A stretch of 60,111 nucleotides of DNA, the filler included, from Fonticula-like sp. SCN 57-25 (lineage: Eukaryota): the NCBI GenBank assembly GCA_001724245.1. It is 10 parts of 10 records of this genome, joined end to end, with 100 filler letters (N's around TTAATTAATTAA, not from the genome) between each part and the next. Parts side by side here need not be neighbours in the genome. Positions count along the whole stretch, not along the records: positions 23,910 to 29,095 come from MEDX01000674.1; positions 29,196 to 35,103 come from MEDX01000675.1; positions 35,204 to 40,779 come from MEDX01000676.1; 7 more parts are not named here. One strand, 5' to 3'. Made by a program: the position numbers and the translations under genes. This document shows positions 25,203 through 37,081 of this stretch, piece by piece. The notes under the pieces are model-generated. The model saw nothing but the letters and a program-made list of their open reading frames with translations, did not search any database and was not told the DNA's origin. Position 1 is the first letter of the stretch. Every line of letters starts with the position of its first letter.

Positions 25203-25675
25203 AATTATTTATAAATCATAAGGGCCTTCCATCGATCGACTGCAATAAATGATATGGTCATTCCGGCATATGCANCAAGTGCGCCTACCTAGGTACCTTC
25301 TGTCGCCAAGCGCGGGTCTCTTCGATCATTAGCTAGAATATGATTGCTCGGACGAGGCCGCTGTGGCGTTATTCATACATTTCTTGAACTGCCAGAGCGC
25401 AAGGGCTTGCCCCGGATGATATTGCCTCTGCTCGCGCGCCCGTCCACTGTTTGGATAATCGAACGCACCTTTCGGTTCAAAAGAGGTTGCAACACCAGAG
25501 TTTCCGATCACCCACTTTTTGTTCCCCCCCGATCAAGACGAGGTGGCCTGTTTATGTCAACCCCTCGTGCCGTGTGTCATCAGTATCGAGCATCACCACT
25601 GACACCGGATCAGCTGTCGGAGGGGCGGGAGCGCGTTTCAACACGACCCGCTAGCAGCTGTTGACGACCGGGCCC

Positions 25676-27121
25676 ATGCTGATGGGCTCGTCGGCGACGC
25701 TCGCCTTGGGCGGCATATCTGTTCGTTCGCTACAGGGTGGGCACCTGGACCTCTTGGGTCTTCAGCGGGCGACGTTGTCCGATGTGGTGCCGTCATCTCG
25801 CCAGGACAAATTGGCGTTCCAGGCGAGCAATCCGCTCGCATTGCGGCCTTCATCGCTGCTTTCCCTGTCATCATGGTCAGTTTCCGTCAAGAAGAAGAGC
25901 TCGACGCAGTGGTCGGGAATGCGGGTTCCGGGCCTCGTCAATCTTGGCAACACGTGCTTTATGAACAGCATCTTTCAGGCGCTCGCAGCCATGCCGGGGT
26001 TCAGCGATTTTGTGCGTACGGAATCTTCTCTTTATGACAAGCCTATTCTGTCCAAGCTTCACAGCCTTCTTTCCAAGCTGAATGTGTACTCGCCGCCGTC
26101 GTCGGAGGTGGCCGTAATCAATCCGGTCGCGCTCGTTCGGGCACTCTGCGGGGGTCAATTGCCGCAGTCGCAGCAGGATGCGCACGAGTTTCTTAACCAC
26201 ATTGCGAGCACGCTATCCGACGAACTTTCTGCCGCGTCCCAGCGGTCAGGAGGGGCGCTGCTCTCGCTCTCATTCCTCTCATCCGCGTCAATGCTCGATG
26301 CCGCTTCGGACAAGCTGTCAAGTTTTGTGGTGCAGCGCGGAGGGATTACGAGCGAGAGTGCGTCGGTGCCGGTTGCAGTGCAGTCGCCAATGGAGGGCCT
26401 CATGACATCACGCATTAGCTGTGAGTCATGCGGCTACACAACGCCGGCTCGATGCGAGGCGTCGCACATTCTTTCCCTCTCGCTGCCGCGGCACTCTGCT
26501 TCGCCGCTTTCGGGAGGCTTATCAATGGGCCGCCTGCTTGACAGCCACTTTGTGCGGGAAAAAATTGACTCTTATCACTGCCCGCGCTGCACCCTTCTCT
26601 CGGCCGAGGCGCGGCTGTCGCGGTCTTCTGCCGCCAGTGTCGAGGGTTCCCCCACCCAAGATCAGCTGGAGCGCGTACGCGCTGCGCTCAAGGCTCATGA
26701 CGACGCGAGCGACCTTCAGGCACAGCTTCCCAAGGTGCACCGCCGCGCCACGCGCCAGGCGCACTTTTCGCGCGTGCCAAAGTCGCTCTGCATTCATCTC
26801 AGTCGCGTGCACTTTGACGGCGGGCAGTTATGGAAGAACGAAGCCGCTGTGGTGCCAGCGGACCCCCTCAACATGGCGCCGTTTGTCCGCGTGGGGATGC
26901 CCGCGCCGAACCCCAAACTGTACCAGCTTGTCGCCCTCGTGGTGCACCTGGGGAACGAGGCGAGTGGTCACTTTGTAACATATCGGCGACTGGGCACCAA
27001 GGACCAGAACAGCAAGGATCAGCATGTTTGGCTCCGCATTTCGGACGAAATGGTCCGCTCGGTCACGCAAAAGGAGGTTTTCGGCTCGGAGGCGTACTTG
27101 CTATTTTATGAACGAATTTAG
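25676..27121 (+). CDS. Ubiquitin-specific protease (C19; USP30/Ubp16-like)
   Basis: Cys box GLVNLGNTCFMNS, QQDAHEF, His box HLGNEASGHFVTYRR, ISDE, YLLFYER. Confidence 0.9.
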   Translation: MLMGSSATLALGGISVRSLQGGHLDLLGLQRATLSDVVPSSRQDKLAFQASNPLALRPSSLLSLSSWSVSVKKKSSTQWSGMRVPGLVNLGNTCFMNSIFQALAAMPGFSDFVRTESSLYDKPILSKLHSLLSKLNVYSPPSSEVAVINPVALVRALCGGQLPQSQQDAHEFLNHIASTLSDELSAASQRSGGALLSLSFLSSASMLDAASDKLSSFVVQRGGITSESASVPVAVQSPMEGLMTSRISCESCGYTTPARCEASHILSLSLPRHSASPLSGGLSMGRLLDSHFVREKIDSYHCPRCTLLSAEARLSRSSAASVEGSPTQDQLERVRAALKAHDDASDLQAQLPKVHRRATRQAHFSRVPKSLCIHLSRVHFDGGQLWKNEAAVVPADPLNMAPFVRVGMPAPNPKLYQLVALVVHLGNEASGHFVTYRRLGTKDQNSKDQHVWLRISDEMVRSVTQKEVFGSEAYLLFYERI

Positions 27122-27317
27122 AATGGCCGCCGCAGCTCTGTTTCGCTCTCTTTGTTCCCTGCTTGGGGAACATGTGTTGCTTGTTATTTGTAGTACGTGT
27201 ACATTTGGTAACTGTAATTTAACGCTCTTTATAAATTGCAACTCATCATCATTAACAACACAACGCTTTCCCAATAACATGTAAACGGTGTCCAACACTA
27301 AAAGCTACACATCAGCA

Positions 27318-28122
27318 TTACGTGAGGTTCGTAGTCGAAAGAGGCTCCGAGCTGGCCTGCTCCTTGCCCTATTCGAGGATGAAAGTTAGTCTCGCGCGGT
27401 GGTCAATGCGGACAGAGTCGTACCGTCGCAACGGAGGGGAATTCCAGCTCGGACGAGGGCGGCGAGGCAACGTCGGTCAAATACGAAGGCTCTGCTTCCG
27501 CCACGTACATGTCGTCCCCAAGCGCAGCAAGTTCGGCGTCCAGGTCAGACTCGTCGAGATAGTCCGGCACGCCGTACGATCTGCTCATCATTTCCTGGAT
27601 CTCATTCGCCTGATCCATCAGGTCTTCGAGCTCGTCCTGCGCACGCTCGATCTTGCTAACATTCATCTTCTTATACTCCTTCTTGAGCTGCGTGCTCGCC
27701 TCGCGCATCGATTCAACCGTGATCGCCACATTGCGGAGGTTGTCTGCAGCCATGTTGGCCTGCTCCATGTTGAAGCTCTGCTGCATGAGCTGATCGCGCT
27801 GGGACTCGTACATGCGCTTCTGCTTCAGAATGTTCAACGCGCGCTGCTGGAGCGAGTTTTTGGCGCCACCAGGAGGCATCTTTCCTAGCTGCTCCTTGAT
27901 TTTGCGCAAGTCATTCTCCAAAAGACGAATCTTTTGATCAATTTGGTTTGCGCGATCATCGGTCTGATGGCGGAAAAGGGTCAGCGCGGATCGAAGAGGA
28001 AACGTCAAGGAAAGAGGTACCTTTGCAATAGCGTCGGATAAAGTAGGCTTCGGAGGCTTCTTTGAGCCACCGCTCGAACCACCGCTACTCCCGCCGCCCG
28101 AGGTTCCAAAAATGCGCTGCAT
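27318..28122 (-). CDS. CHMP5: ESCRT-III CHMP5/Vps60
   Basis: MQRIFG...PTLSDAI; LKQKRMYESQRDQLMQQSFNMEQ; SRSYGVP...DLDAEL; two short introns. Confidence 0.92.
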
Positions 28123-28217
28123 CGTTTGCAAACAATTGGTGTTGACGTCGACTGGGGCCAACTCGAGCACGACGGTGATATCCCAACCCCCTGGTCGGTC
28201 ACAAACCGACCACTGAA

Positions 28218-29095
28218 ATGATGACTGGAATGATGACAGCCGGCGCAGCAGCAGCAGCTGCGATGACGGCGGCGGTGGCGGTAGCGCGCCTCAACCGGCT
28301 CCTACAAGGTACCAAGTTTCTCGAGCACCCATTTTTTGTAGATATCCCGATTGAGGTCAAGGACGACTTGAAATCGCTTGCTGATCGGTTCGCCATCCTG
28401 AGCCGCCATACCTTTGACAGCACAGACGAGGGAGCCATGATGCAGCTGTTCTGCTCGTACCTGAATGATATCTGGGTTTTGGAGTCCCCGCCCCTTTAAC
28501 ACTCTAGAAGTTGTCGAGATTCTCTTGGAAGGTTCAGTAGACGATGTTGCCAGTGCTTTGACTGAACAGGGGGTGAAGAACTCGTCCCGAGTAGCTCAAA
28601 AGCTCGTCAATCTCCTCAATGCCTGTCACATGGCATTTGGAACCAACTTTTATATGGATACGTCTACAATTGTGACATTTGATGTTGAGCTTGCAAAAGC
28701 GCTCCATTGTGTGATAGGAGCCGGCATCATTAAAACTCCTGGGTCCTATCGTACGATTGCAGTTCAAGCAGCTCAGTCAACAGTAGCATATGCGCTTCCT
28801 GCTCAAATATCAGTTCGTATGGACACGCTATTTGAGTGGGTCAGGAGCCGCGTGGACGAGGCAAATTCGAAAACCGATGCCGTGGATCGAGCAGATTTTA
28901 TGTTCCGCGTTGGTGCAGTGTTCTTTTCCGAGTTCCTTCTGATCCATCCCTTTGCCAATGGCAACGGGCGTACTGCGCGACTGCTCCTAAGCTTTTTTTT
29001 ATTGAACATTACTACAGTTCCCCTTTCGCTCTCCGTATCCAGTCCTAGTCACACTCCGCGCGACATTTACATCTCGACGCTCGAGGCGCGCAACG
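28218..29095 (+). CDS. Fic/DOC-domain protein with an apparent frameshift, 3' partial
   Basis: HPFANGNGRTARLL at 28945; two overlapping ORFs switch frame near 28486-28495. Confidence 0.8.
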
Positions 29096-29195
29096 NNNNN
29101 NNNNNNNNNNNNNNNNNNNNNNNNNNNNNNNNNNNNNNNTTAATTAATTAANNNNNNNNNNNNNNNNNNNNNNNNNNNNNNNNNNNNNNNNNNNN

Positions 29196-29776
29196 GCGAC
29201 ATGGGCGCCGTCGCGACTGCCAAGCTGCGCAAGTCGGAGCTTGAGGTTGCCGAGCTGACCATCTCGCTTACGCGCGAGCGCGAGCAGGGCGCGCAGACAG
29301 AGTCGTCGCGCCTGGCGCTCGAGAAGCGCGTGCAGGAGCTGCTGACCAAGATTGCCGAGCTCGAGTTTATGGCTGCGCGCCAGGCGCCGATGCGCGCCGC
29401 CGCCGTCGCGGCCGCCACGGGCACCGTCGAGAACGACTACCGCAACTACGCCGAGGAGCTCGAGGTCGCGCTCCGCGAAAAGGCCAACGCCGACAAGGCG
29501 CTGCGCAATGCCAAGCGCCAGGTGTCGGACGTGCAGTTCCAGCTGGCCGACGACCAGAAGAGGAGGCAGGCGGTCGAGGACGAGCTGCAGCGCGCTCAGC
29601 AGGTGTCCCGCAATCTGCGCGACCAGGTCGAGGAGCTCGAGGCGCAGCTCACACACGTCGAGCTCGCCAAGAGGCGCGCCGAGCGGGAGGTCGAGATCGA
29701 GCGCGAGCGCGCCGCAAAGGCTGAGCGCGAGAGCGCCCGCGTAAAGACGCGCCTCGGGGCCGCCATCCTCGTGTAA
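29196..29776 (+). CDS. Coiled-coil protein C-terminus (myosin-tail-like), 5' partial
   Basis: Heptad-rich E/K/R/L sequence with host codon bias. Confidence 0.65.
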
Positions 29777-30037
29777 AATGTTTACCTCTTTCTTTTGTTT
29801 TGATTGGTCGCCTGAGGAGATCTTTCCTGTTGTTCGATGTCGTTTACTTTTCGTGTGCCGCTCGTCGTCGGATATTATAACTACCACGCCGTGCCCTTTG
29901 TCATTCCCAATACAACCCATTCTAATCACAATTGATGCACTTTAAGGAACACGTTCAACTGAAAATGGCACATGTATGGAGATACTTACTGCTTTTATTG
30001 TTAAAAATCGAATTCTTTTCTGTTGCAATCACAAAGT

Positions 30038-31426
30038 CTACTTGAGGTCGAGGAGGAGCGCCTTGGGGTTCTCGACGTACGTCTTCCAGGCGTTGGAGAA
30101 GCGCGCCATGGTCGCGCCGTCGATGACGCGGTGGTCTGCGCTCCACGAAACCTGCATGATGTGGGCCGGGAAGACCTGCCCGTTCTTGTCGAACCGGGGC
30201 AGCTTTTCAATCTTGCCGACGGCGCCAATGCAGACCTCTGGGCTCACAATGATCGGGGCCATGTACGTCCCGCCGACGGTGCCAATGTTGGACAGCGTAA
30301 AGGTGCCGCCCGAGAGGTCGCCGGGGCCGAGGCGGCCCTCCTTGCCGCTGACCTGTAGCCGCTGGAGCTCCGAGGCAATGTCCATGATGCTCAGGTCCTG
30401 CACGTTCTTGATGTTGGGCACGACGAGCCCGTTGGGGGTGTCCATGGCAACGCCAATGTTGTGCGCGCCCTTGTAAATAAGCTCGGTCTCGTCCGCCGTC
30501 AGCGAGCTGTTGAGCACGGGGAACTGCTTGAGCGCCAGCGACGCGGCCTTGATAAAGATCGGCATGTACGTCAGCTTGACGCCGCGGGCCTCGGCGGCGC
30601 CCTTGAGCGACGCGCGAAGGTCAACAAGCGCATTCAGCGTCACCTCGTCGGCGTAGCCAAAGTGCGGGATGCGGCGCCACGACTCATTCATCGTCTTGAC
30701 CATCGCCTTCTGGAAGCCGCGGATCGGGCGGCGCTCATCGCCGGCAACGACGCGGACGGCAGGGGCAGCGGCAGCGGCGGCGGGCGCAGCAGCAGCGGCC
30801 GGGGCGGCGGGCGAAGGGCCCTGCTCAATGAAGCGCAGAACGTCCTCCTTGAGCACGCGGCCGTCCTTGCCGGTGCCGGCCACGCGGCGCAGATCGACGC
30901 CGTGCTCCTTGGCCACGCGGCGGACAGCGGGCGTCGCAAAGGTGGCAAGGTGATCGGCAACGGCGGCGGGCGCGGCGCGCGCGGCGGCAGCAGCAGGAGC
31001 AGCGGCGGCGGAAGGAGCGGACGCGGCGGCGGGGGTGGATTCCGGCGCGGCATCGCCGCCCTCGACGTCAATGTCCATGAGGGGCTGGCCGACGGCGGCG
31101 GTATCGCCGACCGTGTAGTAGAGCTTCTTGACGACGCCCGTGAAGGGGCTCGTGATGTCGACCTTGGCCTTGTCGCTCTCGACAGTGCAGACCTGGTCAA
31201 AGAGCGTGACGCGATCGCCCTCCTTGACACGCCACTCGCGCACATCAACCGCGACAATGCCCTCACCAATGTCGGCAAGCTTGAAGACCTCAACACGGAG
31301 GGCCGCGGCGCTCACGCGGAACGCCCGCGAAGAGTGAACGGGCATCTAAAGACATTGCGTTAGAAGCGATTTCAAGCAAGAAATGAAGGCGAGACATACA
31401 CGCCCAACACGCTGAAGCAGCATCAT
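30038..31426 (-). CDS. DBT: Branched-chain 2-oxoacid dehydrogenase E2
   Basis: [10 protein letters not shown], lipoyl site ESDKA, ATPAVRR E3-binding domain, [10 protein letters not shown]; intron 31399-31346. Confidence 0.93.
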
Positions 31427-31601
31427 TCTCGAGCAGCGACCTCCCAGCGACCGCCTGCCACGCCGTGTGTGAGAAACTTTACACTTTCTGGATCGCGATC
31501 TGAAGTTGATCGCGATTGGTGTGTGATCGCGATTGAAAGCGATGCGAGATCCTGATCGGTCACATGAACGCGAAACACAAGCAAGCAAGGCCTACCCCGC
31601 A

Positions 31602-33036
31602 ATGCGCTCCGCGGTGATTGCGTTCGCGCTTGCTGCGCTCGTCGCAGGCAGCTTTGCCGCGTTCAATGAGCGCGCCTACATTGGCGACCGCTACTACGCG
31701 CGCGTGTTTGGTCCTTTCAAGACGGACCGCATGGCGCAGCTCGCCGAGATCATTGACTTTCACTTTGACGCCCACCGCAACAAGCACGAGGTGGACGTCC
31801 TCGTGAACGATGCCGCCATGGCTCGCCTTCACGATGCCGGCTTCCGCGCGATCCGTCTTCAGAACGAGGCGCTCGAGTACAACCGCTACCTCAAGTCTTC
31901 GTCGCCAGCCAACAACCGCATGCTCGAGTACCACGACTATGAGGAGCTCACCGATCTCCTCCACGAGCTCAACGAGCAGTACCCCAACATCACCAGCGTC
32001 TTCACCGTCGGCCAGAGCGTCCAGGGCCGCGAGCTTTGGGGCATTGAGATCTCGGACTTTGTCGGCACCAAGGAGCAGGGCGAGCCCGAGTTCAAGTACA
32101 TTGGCAACATGCACGGCGATGAGAGTGCGCCGATCACGATGTGTTTCTTTCCAAACTGACCCGCTCGTAGCTGTTGGCCGCGAGATGCTCATCAACCTCA
32201 TCATCCACCTCCTCGAGAACTATGGTACTGATGACCGCATCACCAACATCATTGACTCGACCCGCATCTTTATCATCCCCTCGATGAACCCCGACGGCTT
32301 TGAGCGCGGCATCCGCGCCAACCTCAACGGCTACGATCTCAACCGCGACTTCCCGTACGCCGCGTGGTGCAATGAACGTATGAATGCTGACCAGAANACA
32401 TTTGACTTATGCCGCAATTTTAGCAACTTTGTGCTTTCGGCCAACATGCACGGCGGCTCTGTCTGCGCCAACTACCCCTTCGACGGCTTTGAGCAGCAGT
32501 CGCGCTGCCAGCGCGAGGCCTCGGTGACCCCCGACGACGACGTCGCGATCGACCTTGCGCTGACCTACTCAATCAACAACCCCGAGATGTACAACAGCAA
32601 CTCGTTTGATAACGGCATCACGAACGGCGCCGAGTGGTACTGCCTGTACGGCGGCATGCAGGACTGGAACTACGTGTGGATGGGCGACGTCGAGCTCACC
32701 ATGGAGCTGTCCAACGTCAAGAACCCCGCCGCCAGCCAGCTCGCCGGCTTCTGGGAGGACAACCGCGAGAGCCTCCTCGCCTACCTCGAGAAGGTGCACA
32801 TGGGCGTCAAGGGCCGCATCACCAGCGCCGCCACCGGCGAGCCCATCGTCGCCGAGATCACCGTCAAGGGCCGCGAGGACTTTGTCGCCTACTCGGAGGA
32901 GACGTTCGGCGACTACTTCCGCCTCCTCCTCCCCGGCACGTACACCGTCATCGTTACGGCGCCGGGCTACAGCTCCGCCTCCCAGACGGTCACCGTCTAC
33001 GAGGGCGAGCCCACCGTCCTCGACATCAAGCTCTAA
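31602..33036 (+). CDS. Secreted M14B carboxypeptidase (CPD/CPE-like)
   Basis: Signal peptide; [34 protein letters not shown]; sequence apparently missing at N 32397. Confidence 0.9.
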
Positions 33037-33155
33037 GCTAGGTGGACTGTGACGCCACAGTGGAATGCGCAGATTCATGTGCAAGTCAATATATTATACA
33101 GCGAAATATGCGCGAAACACAACTCAAAATGGCAAATATGTACACTAAAAATGGT

Positions 33156-33917
33156 CTACTTGTCGGCGAGCTCGTCGAGCATGGCCTTTTCCCACTGCGC
33201 GTACTCGTCCTCCTTGACGACCGTCGTCGCGGCGGCGGCCACGGGGATCATTGCGTGCACGCCGTCCACCGTCGACAGCTTTGCGCGCTTCCGCGGGCTC
33301 GTGTCGTCGGCATCCTTTACCTCGCGCCCGGCCGCCTCCGCCTCCTTGATCGCCGCCTCGGCGTGGAGCGTCACCGCCGCACAGGCCGATGCAAACTCGC
33401 GCGCGGAACACCGCGCCAGCTCGCACAGCTGCGCCTTGTCGAGCCGCGTACGGAAGCGCTGCCCGCAGACGTACAGCACCGCAACGGTGAACATTGACCG
33501 CGCAGCATCATCTGCGGTGCGCCCTGTGCGAATGAGGCCGGCGCGCACATCAGCTAGAACGCGCTCGGCGACTGGTAAAAGCGGAAGGGATCCGAAACGA
33601 ACACACAGTTCCTTGAGCGATAACTCATTCGGTTTAACATTCAGCGCGGCGCGGAGACGCTCGACACCCGCGAGGTACGGCTTCTTTGACACGGCCGCGA
33701 GCCGAAGCAGCGTCGACGCGTCAGCATGCACGCCGGCCTCAATGCATGCAAGCTGCACGCATGCGATCGGTTTCGCGATCTCGGCTGGCCCAAGGCGCAC
33801 ACCGCGCACGTCGGCGAGACGTTGAAGCTCGCCCGCGCGGTCTACAACGCGCGGCGCGTCGTGCGCGGACAGCTGAAGCTCCCGCACAGCATCGCGCACC
33901 CGCGTCGCCACCGCCAT
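33156..33917 (-). CDS. ORC6: Origin recognition complex subunit 6
   Basis: TFIIB-like helical pattern, LKELCVRFG, C-terminal EYAQWEKAML. Confidence 0.8.
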   Translation of the reverse strand: MAVATRVRDAVRELQLSAHDAPRVVDRAGELQRLADVRGVRLGPAEIAKPIACVQLACIEAGVHADASTLLRLAAVSKKPYLAGVERLRAALNVKPNELSLKELCVRFGSLPLLPVAERVLADVRAGLIRTGRTADDAARSMFTVAVLYVCGQRFRTRLDKAQLCELARCSAREFASACAAVTLHAEAAIKEAEAAGREVKDADDTSPRKRAKLSTVDGVHAMIPVAAAATTVVKEDEYAQWEKAMLDELADK

Positions 33918-33981
33918 TCAAACACTCAAAACCGTTATGGCCATGTGGATTGCAAACAGATTGCAAACTGCAACTTGAGCC

Positions 33982-35103
33982 ATGCTGGCGGCACGAAAGC
34001 TGGCGGGCGGTAAGCGCCGCGAGGATGCGGACGATGGCGCCCAGCGTCCAAATACGACTCTGCCGCAGGCGGAGGACATTTACGTGTTTAGTGCGCTCAC
34101 CATTCCATTTGCTTTGCGTTGATGCTAAACATTGCCTTTTTGCAGAGGAGCCCGAGTCGACGAAGAAGCGCTCGGCGGGCAAGTCCGATGGCGGGGCCAC
34201 CAAGCGCCCCAAGCCGGCGGCCCCGGCCGTTGGCCCCGACGGCGAGCCTTTGAGCCGTGGCCAGCAGCGCAAGATCTCGACGCAGGAGCGCCGGTCGTCA
34301 AAGAAGGGCAGCGAGGTTGTTGAGAATCTGCGCTCGCGGTGGGAGAAGCTCCGCATTAAGCACATGGACAAGGAGGAGCGCCGCGTGCTGATTGACGAGG
34401 CGATGGCGGCTGTTTCTGGCCGCGTTCACGACATTATTTTTAAGCACGACGCGTCGCGTGTTGTGCAGTCGTGCCTCAAGTACGGCACGACGGAGCAGCG
34501 CGCGGCCATCTGCGCCGAGCTCAAGGACCACTACGTGCAGCTGGCCCGCAGCCCGTACGGCAAGTACCTTGTTGCCAAGGTGCTCAAGTTCTGCCCTGCG
34601 GCGCGCCCCGACGTTGTTGCCGGCTTCCGCGGCCACTGCGTCGCTCTTTTGCGCCACGCCGAGTCGTCTGGCCTCGTTGATGAGACCTTTACGCTGTATG
34701 CGCGTGCCCCCGAGCGCGCTGCAATGCTTCGCGAGTTTGGCGGCGCCGAGTTTTCTCTGTTCAAGGACGCTGACGCCGAGTCTGTTGAGACGCTGGTGGG
34801 CTTCCTTGAGCGCAACCCGTCCAAGCGCACGACCGTGATCAACAACCTGCGCGACAACCTGCAGGACCTCCTCAACAAGGGCTCTGGCCGTCTCCAGATG
34901 GTGCACGCTCTCCTGCACGATTACCTGCTCGGGATTGCCAACCCCAAGGAGCGCGACGACTTTCACGCCGACGTGTGCGAGCACATTGCCGAGCTCATCC
35001 ACACGCGCAAGGGCGCCGAGGTCGCCATGGCGTGCCTCCTGCACGGCTCGGCCAAGGACCGCAAGGTCATGCTCAGGGCCATGAAGGAAGCCGCCGCCAA
35101 GAT
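33982..35103 (+). CDS. PUM3: Pumilio homolog 3 / Puf6, 3' partial
   Basis: WEKLR, FKHDASRVVQSCLKYG, HTRKGAEVAM...AKDRKVMLRAMK. Confidence 0.9.
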
Positions 35104-35259
35104 NNNNNNNNNNNNNNNNNNNNNNNNNNNNNNNNNNNNNNNNNNNNTTAATTAATTAANNNNNNNNNNNNNNNNNNNNNNNNNNNNNNNNNNNNNNNNN
35201 NNNTATGTCCCATATTACCCCATCATCTTCACCCATATAACCCCACAATTTTTACTTAC

Positions 35260-36517
35260 CTTTTTGCAATTGGAAAGGTCGATGCACATCAACTGCCTAC
35301 ACGCCTTACTAAGCATAATCACGCCGCCTTCCGTCAATTCCCAACACGAATTCATATCAAGCACTTGAACACGTGACGCGAAGGTTGCAATGTACTTTAG
35401 GGCGCCGTCGCTCACGTGCCAGCAGTTGCGGAGCGAAAGGGAGCGAAGGGATTGGCCGGCAAAGCGGCAGACTTCTTGAACGGCTGTTTGGTCACGTGAT
35501 AGTGAGAGTGAGTGGAAATGCTAAAAATAGATTAGAAGCGAACCGGCGTCGGTGACGTCCTTGTTGACGACGGAGAGGTCGATGGAGGACTGGAAGCGGT
35601 CGGTGGTGATGAGGGCGCGCCAGGGTTTGCTGACGCGGCGGCAGACAAGCAAGTCCCTGAAGGGGAAAAGTGGCAAAAGGGATGAAAAGAGGAAAGAAAA
35701 TGGGGTAAAAGGGACGAAAAATGAAGAAAAATGGATGAAAAATGAAGAAAATGGGATGAAAATGACACAAGAATGGAACAAGAATGGAATGGAATGCAGA
35801 CAAAAAGTGATCAAATAATAAAGAAATTTGAACAAATTCAACACAATATAAACAAAAAGAAGGCAAATTCACACAATTATAACCAAGAATAAAACATTAT
35901 TCAAACGTGTTAATACTTGTTTTTCTTCCTCCTCTTCAACCGCACCTGATATTGAGGAAGGAAAGAATGTGTTGGATGATGTTTGGCTGCAGCAGATCAA
36001 ACGGCCCGTTCACCTCCGCCGCCTGCGGCTCCGCCTTTGACACCTGGCTCAGTTTTGACCCGTTGGCCGCGGCCGGCGCGGCATCCGATGACGCGGCATC
36101 ACCGGGATCCGTCTTTGACCGCGAGATGTCGGTGAGATGCACATCGGTCCACACGGCGATGCTCGCGCGGCGGCGGCGCGTGCCTTGACCGCGCAGGGTG
36201 GCTACAACGGGGTTGCCGCTCAGGGATGTCGCGCGATCCTCGGTGATGGCCGCGGCGGTGTCGGATTTGGCATCAGCATTGGGATTGGAATCAGTCTTGG
36301 CATCAGCTTTGGAATCTGCCTTGGAATCTGCCTTGGCATCGGCCTTGGCATCCGCATCACCGCCTTCCACTTTAACGGGAACTTGCTCGGCTGATGCTGG
36401 CGATGCCGGCCTCCCGCTCGACTTTGCCGGCGCCATGGCGCGATGCTGACCGTCGTCGTCGGCATTCACCGCCTCATTCGAAGGCACGGGATCCTCGGCC
36501 TCGGGACCCGGCATCAT
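35260..36517 (-). CDS. F-box/LRR protein, 3' partial
   Basis: F-box LQPNIIQHILSFLNI|RDLLVCRRVSKPWR; LRRs LSLRNCWHVSD, IDLSNCKK. Confidence 0.82.
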
Positions 36518-37081
36518 CAACAGATGTCGCGGTCGGCGCGGGCGCGGTCAAAGAAAGGCTCGGTCTCTGCGAAAACCCGCCGGGGCGAGGAAGAGATGGC
36601 GCTAGAGAAAGAGCGCACGCCAATGACCTCCTCGAGCAGATCCCCTCGACAGGTCAGCAGCCCCACTACCAGAAAATACGCGCCAGAAAAGAGCGAGCGC
36701 AGAGGCGGATATCTGTCAATTGGTTCACTCACGCGCGGACTTAAAGTATGCACAGATCGAACGCGCAGCAGGTGATCGCCAATGTCGACCGTAAACACAA
36801 CACGGCAATGGTGATGATGCACCGCTGTGGTCGGCGCGCAACAAAAAAAACTAACCCGCCGCTTCGGGTAGATATCAAATCGTCCCCTCGAAACGGTCGG
36901 GGGGGATGAAATGTGGCACTTTTGGAACAAATTTGCTTGATTCGTCTCACTTTGAAGCAATGCTGTGAATGTCTCTCATATTGCCCATATATTACAAATA
37001 ATGATACAGAGACGATAATGTAAGTAAAAAGCGTTTTTTTCCCGCGCGTTTCATGTTCACTTCGGCCGCTCCTCCCCTGGC

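Noticed and set aside
32355-32423. Carboxypeptidase missing its conserved QPET segment
   Set aside because: Coincides with a lone N at 32397, probably a collapsed gap that lost an exon; other lone Ns are at 25276, 43935 and 47068
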